Made by a program: the position numbers and the translations under genes. Shown piece by piece: positions 63,835 through 64,000 of a stretch of DNA of 64,000 nucleotides (position 1 is its first letter; each line of letters opens with the position of its first letter). Below the pieces are notes generated by a model. The model was not told where the DNA came from, did not search any database, and worked only from the letters and a program-made list of their open reading frames with translations. The DNA comes from Somniosus microcephalus (Eukaryota). The stretch lies in the NCBI GenBank assembly GCA_052327205.1, contig CM126204.1, forward strand, positions 292,082,001-292,146,000. The letters run 5' to 3'.

Positions 63835-64000
63835 AAAAATGTTATTCGTTTTTATGGGATGTGGGTGTTGCTGGCAAGGCCAGCATTTATTGCCCATCCC
63901 TACTTGCTCTTGAGAAGGTGGTGGTGAGCCGCCTTCTTGAACCACTGCAAGTCCGTATGGTGAAGGTACTCCCACAGTGCTGTTAGGTAGGCAGCTCCAG
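63835..64000 (-). mobile_element. 3' tail of the second LINE family; runs off the window end
   Basis: Reverse complement matches 48600-48750. Confidence 0.8.

Noticed and set aside
485-63975. Most short ORFs in the six-frame track
   Set aside because: They are antisense or alternative-frame shadows of transposon coding sequence, or random ORFs in repeats

Overview
This 64 kb window is eukaryotic DNA made almost entirely of transposable elements. The repeat families (CR1/HER1-type LINE tails, Deu-domain SINE, LF-SINE-like copies, Penelope GIY-YIG fragments) suggest a cartilaginous fish; this is an inference. It holds four near-complete Ty3/Gypsy LTR retrotransposons, one solo LTR and an unclassified gag at the left edge. 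A two-gene PIF/Harbinger transposon (DDE transposase plus spliced Myb/SANT gene) has become a four-level nest. There are also many non-autonomous Harbinger derivatives, CR1 and L2 LINE fragments, and a Penelope fragment with a hammerhead ribozyme. No host protein-coding gene could be identified with confidence. Three signals stand out. (1) The Gypsy element at 2823-7068 has no tRNA primer-binding site; that position is instead complementary to its own LTR across the poly(A) signal, suggesting self-priming or poly(A) occlusion. (2) The same element has a clipped 5' LTR and a 90-bp flanking duplication. (3) A Harbinger derivative carries a head-to-head pair of tRNA-like small-RNA/SINE units that form a ~660-bp inverted repeat. 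Coordinates were read by eye and may be off by a few bases.
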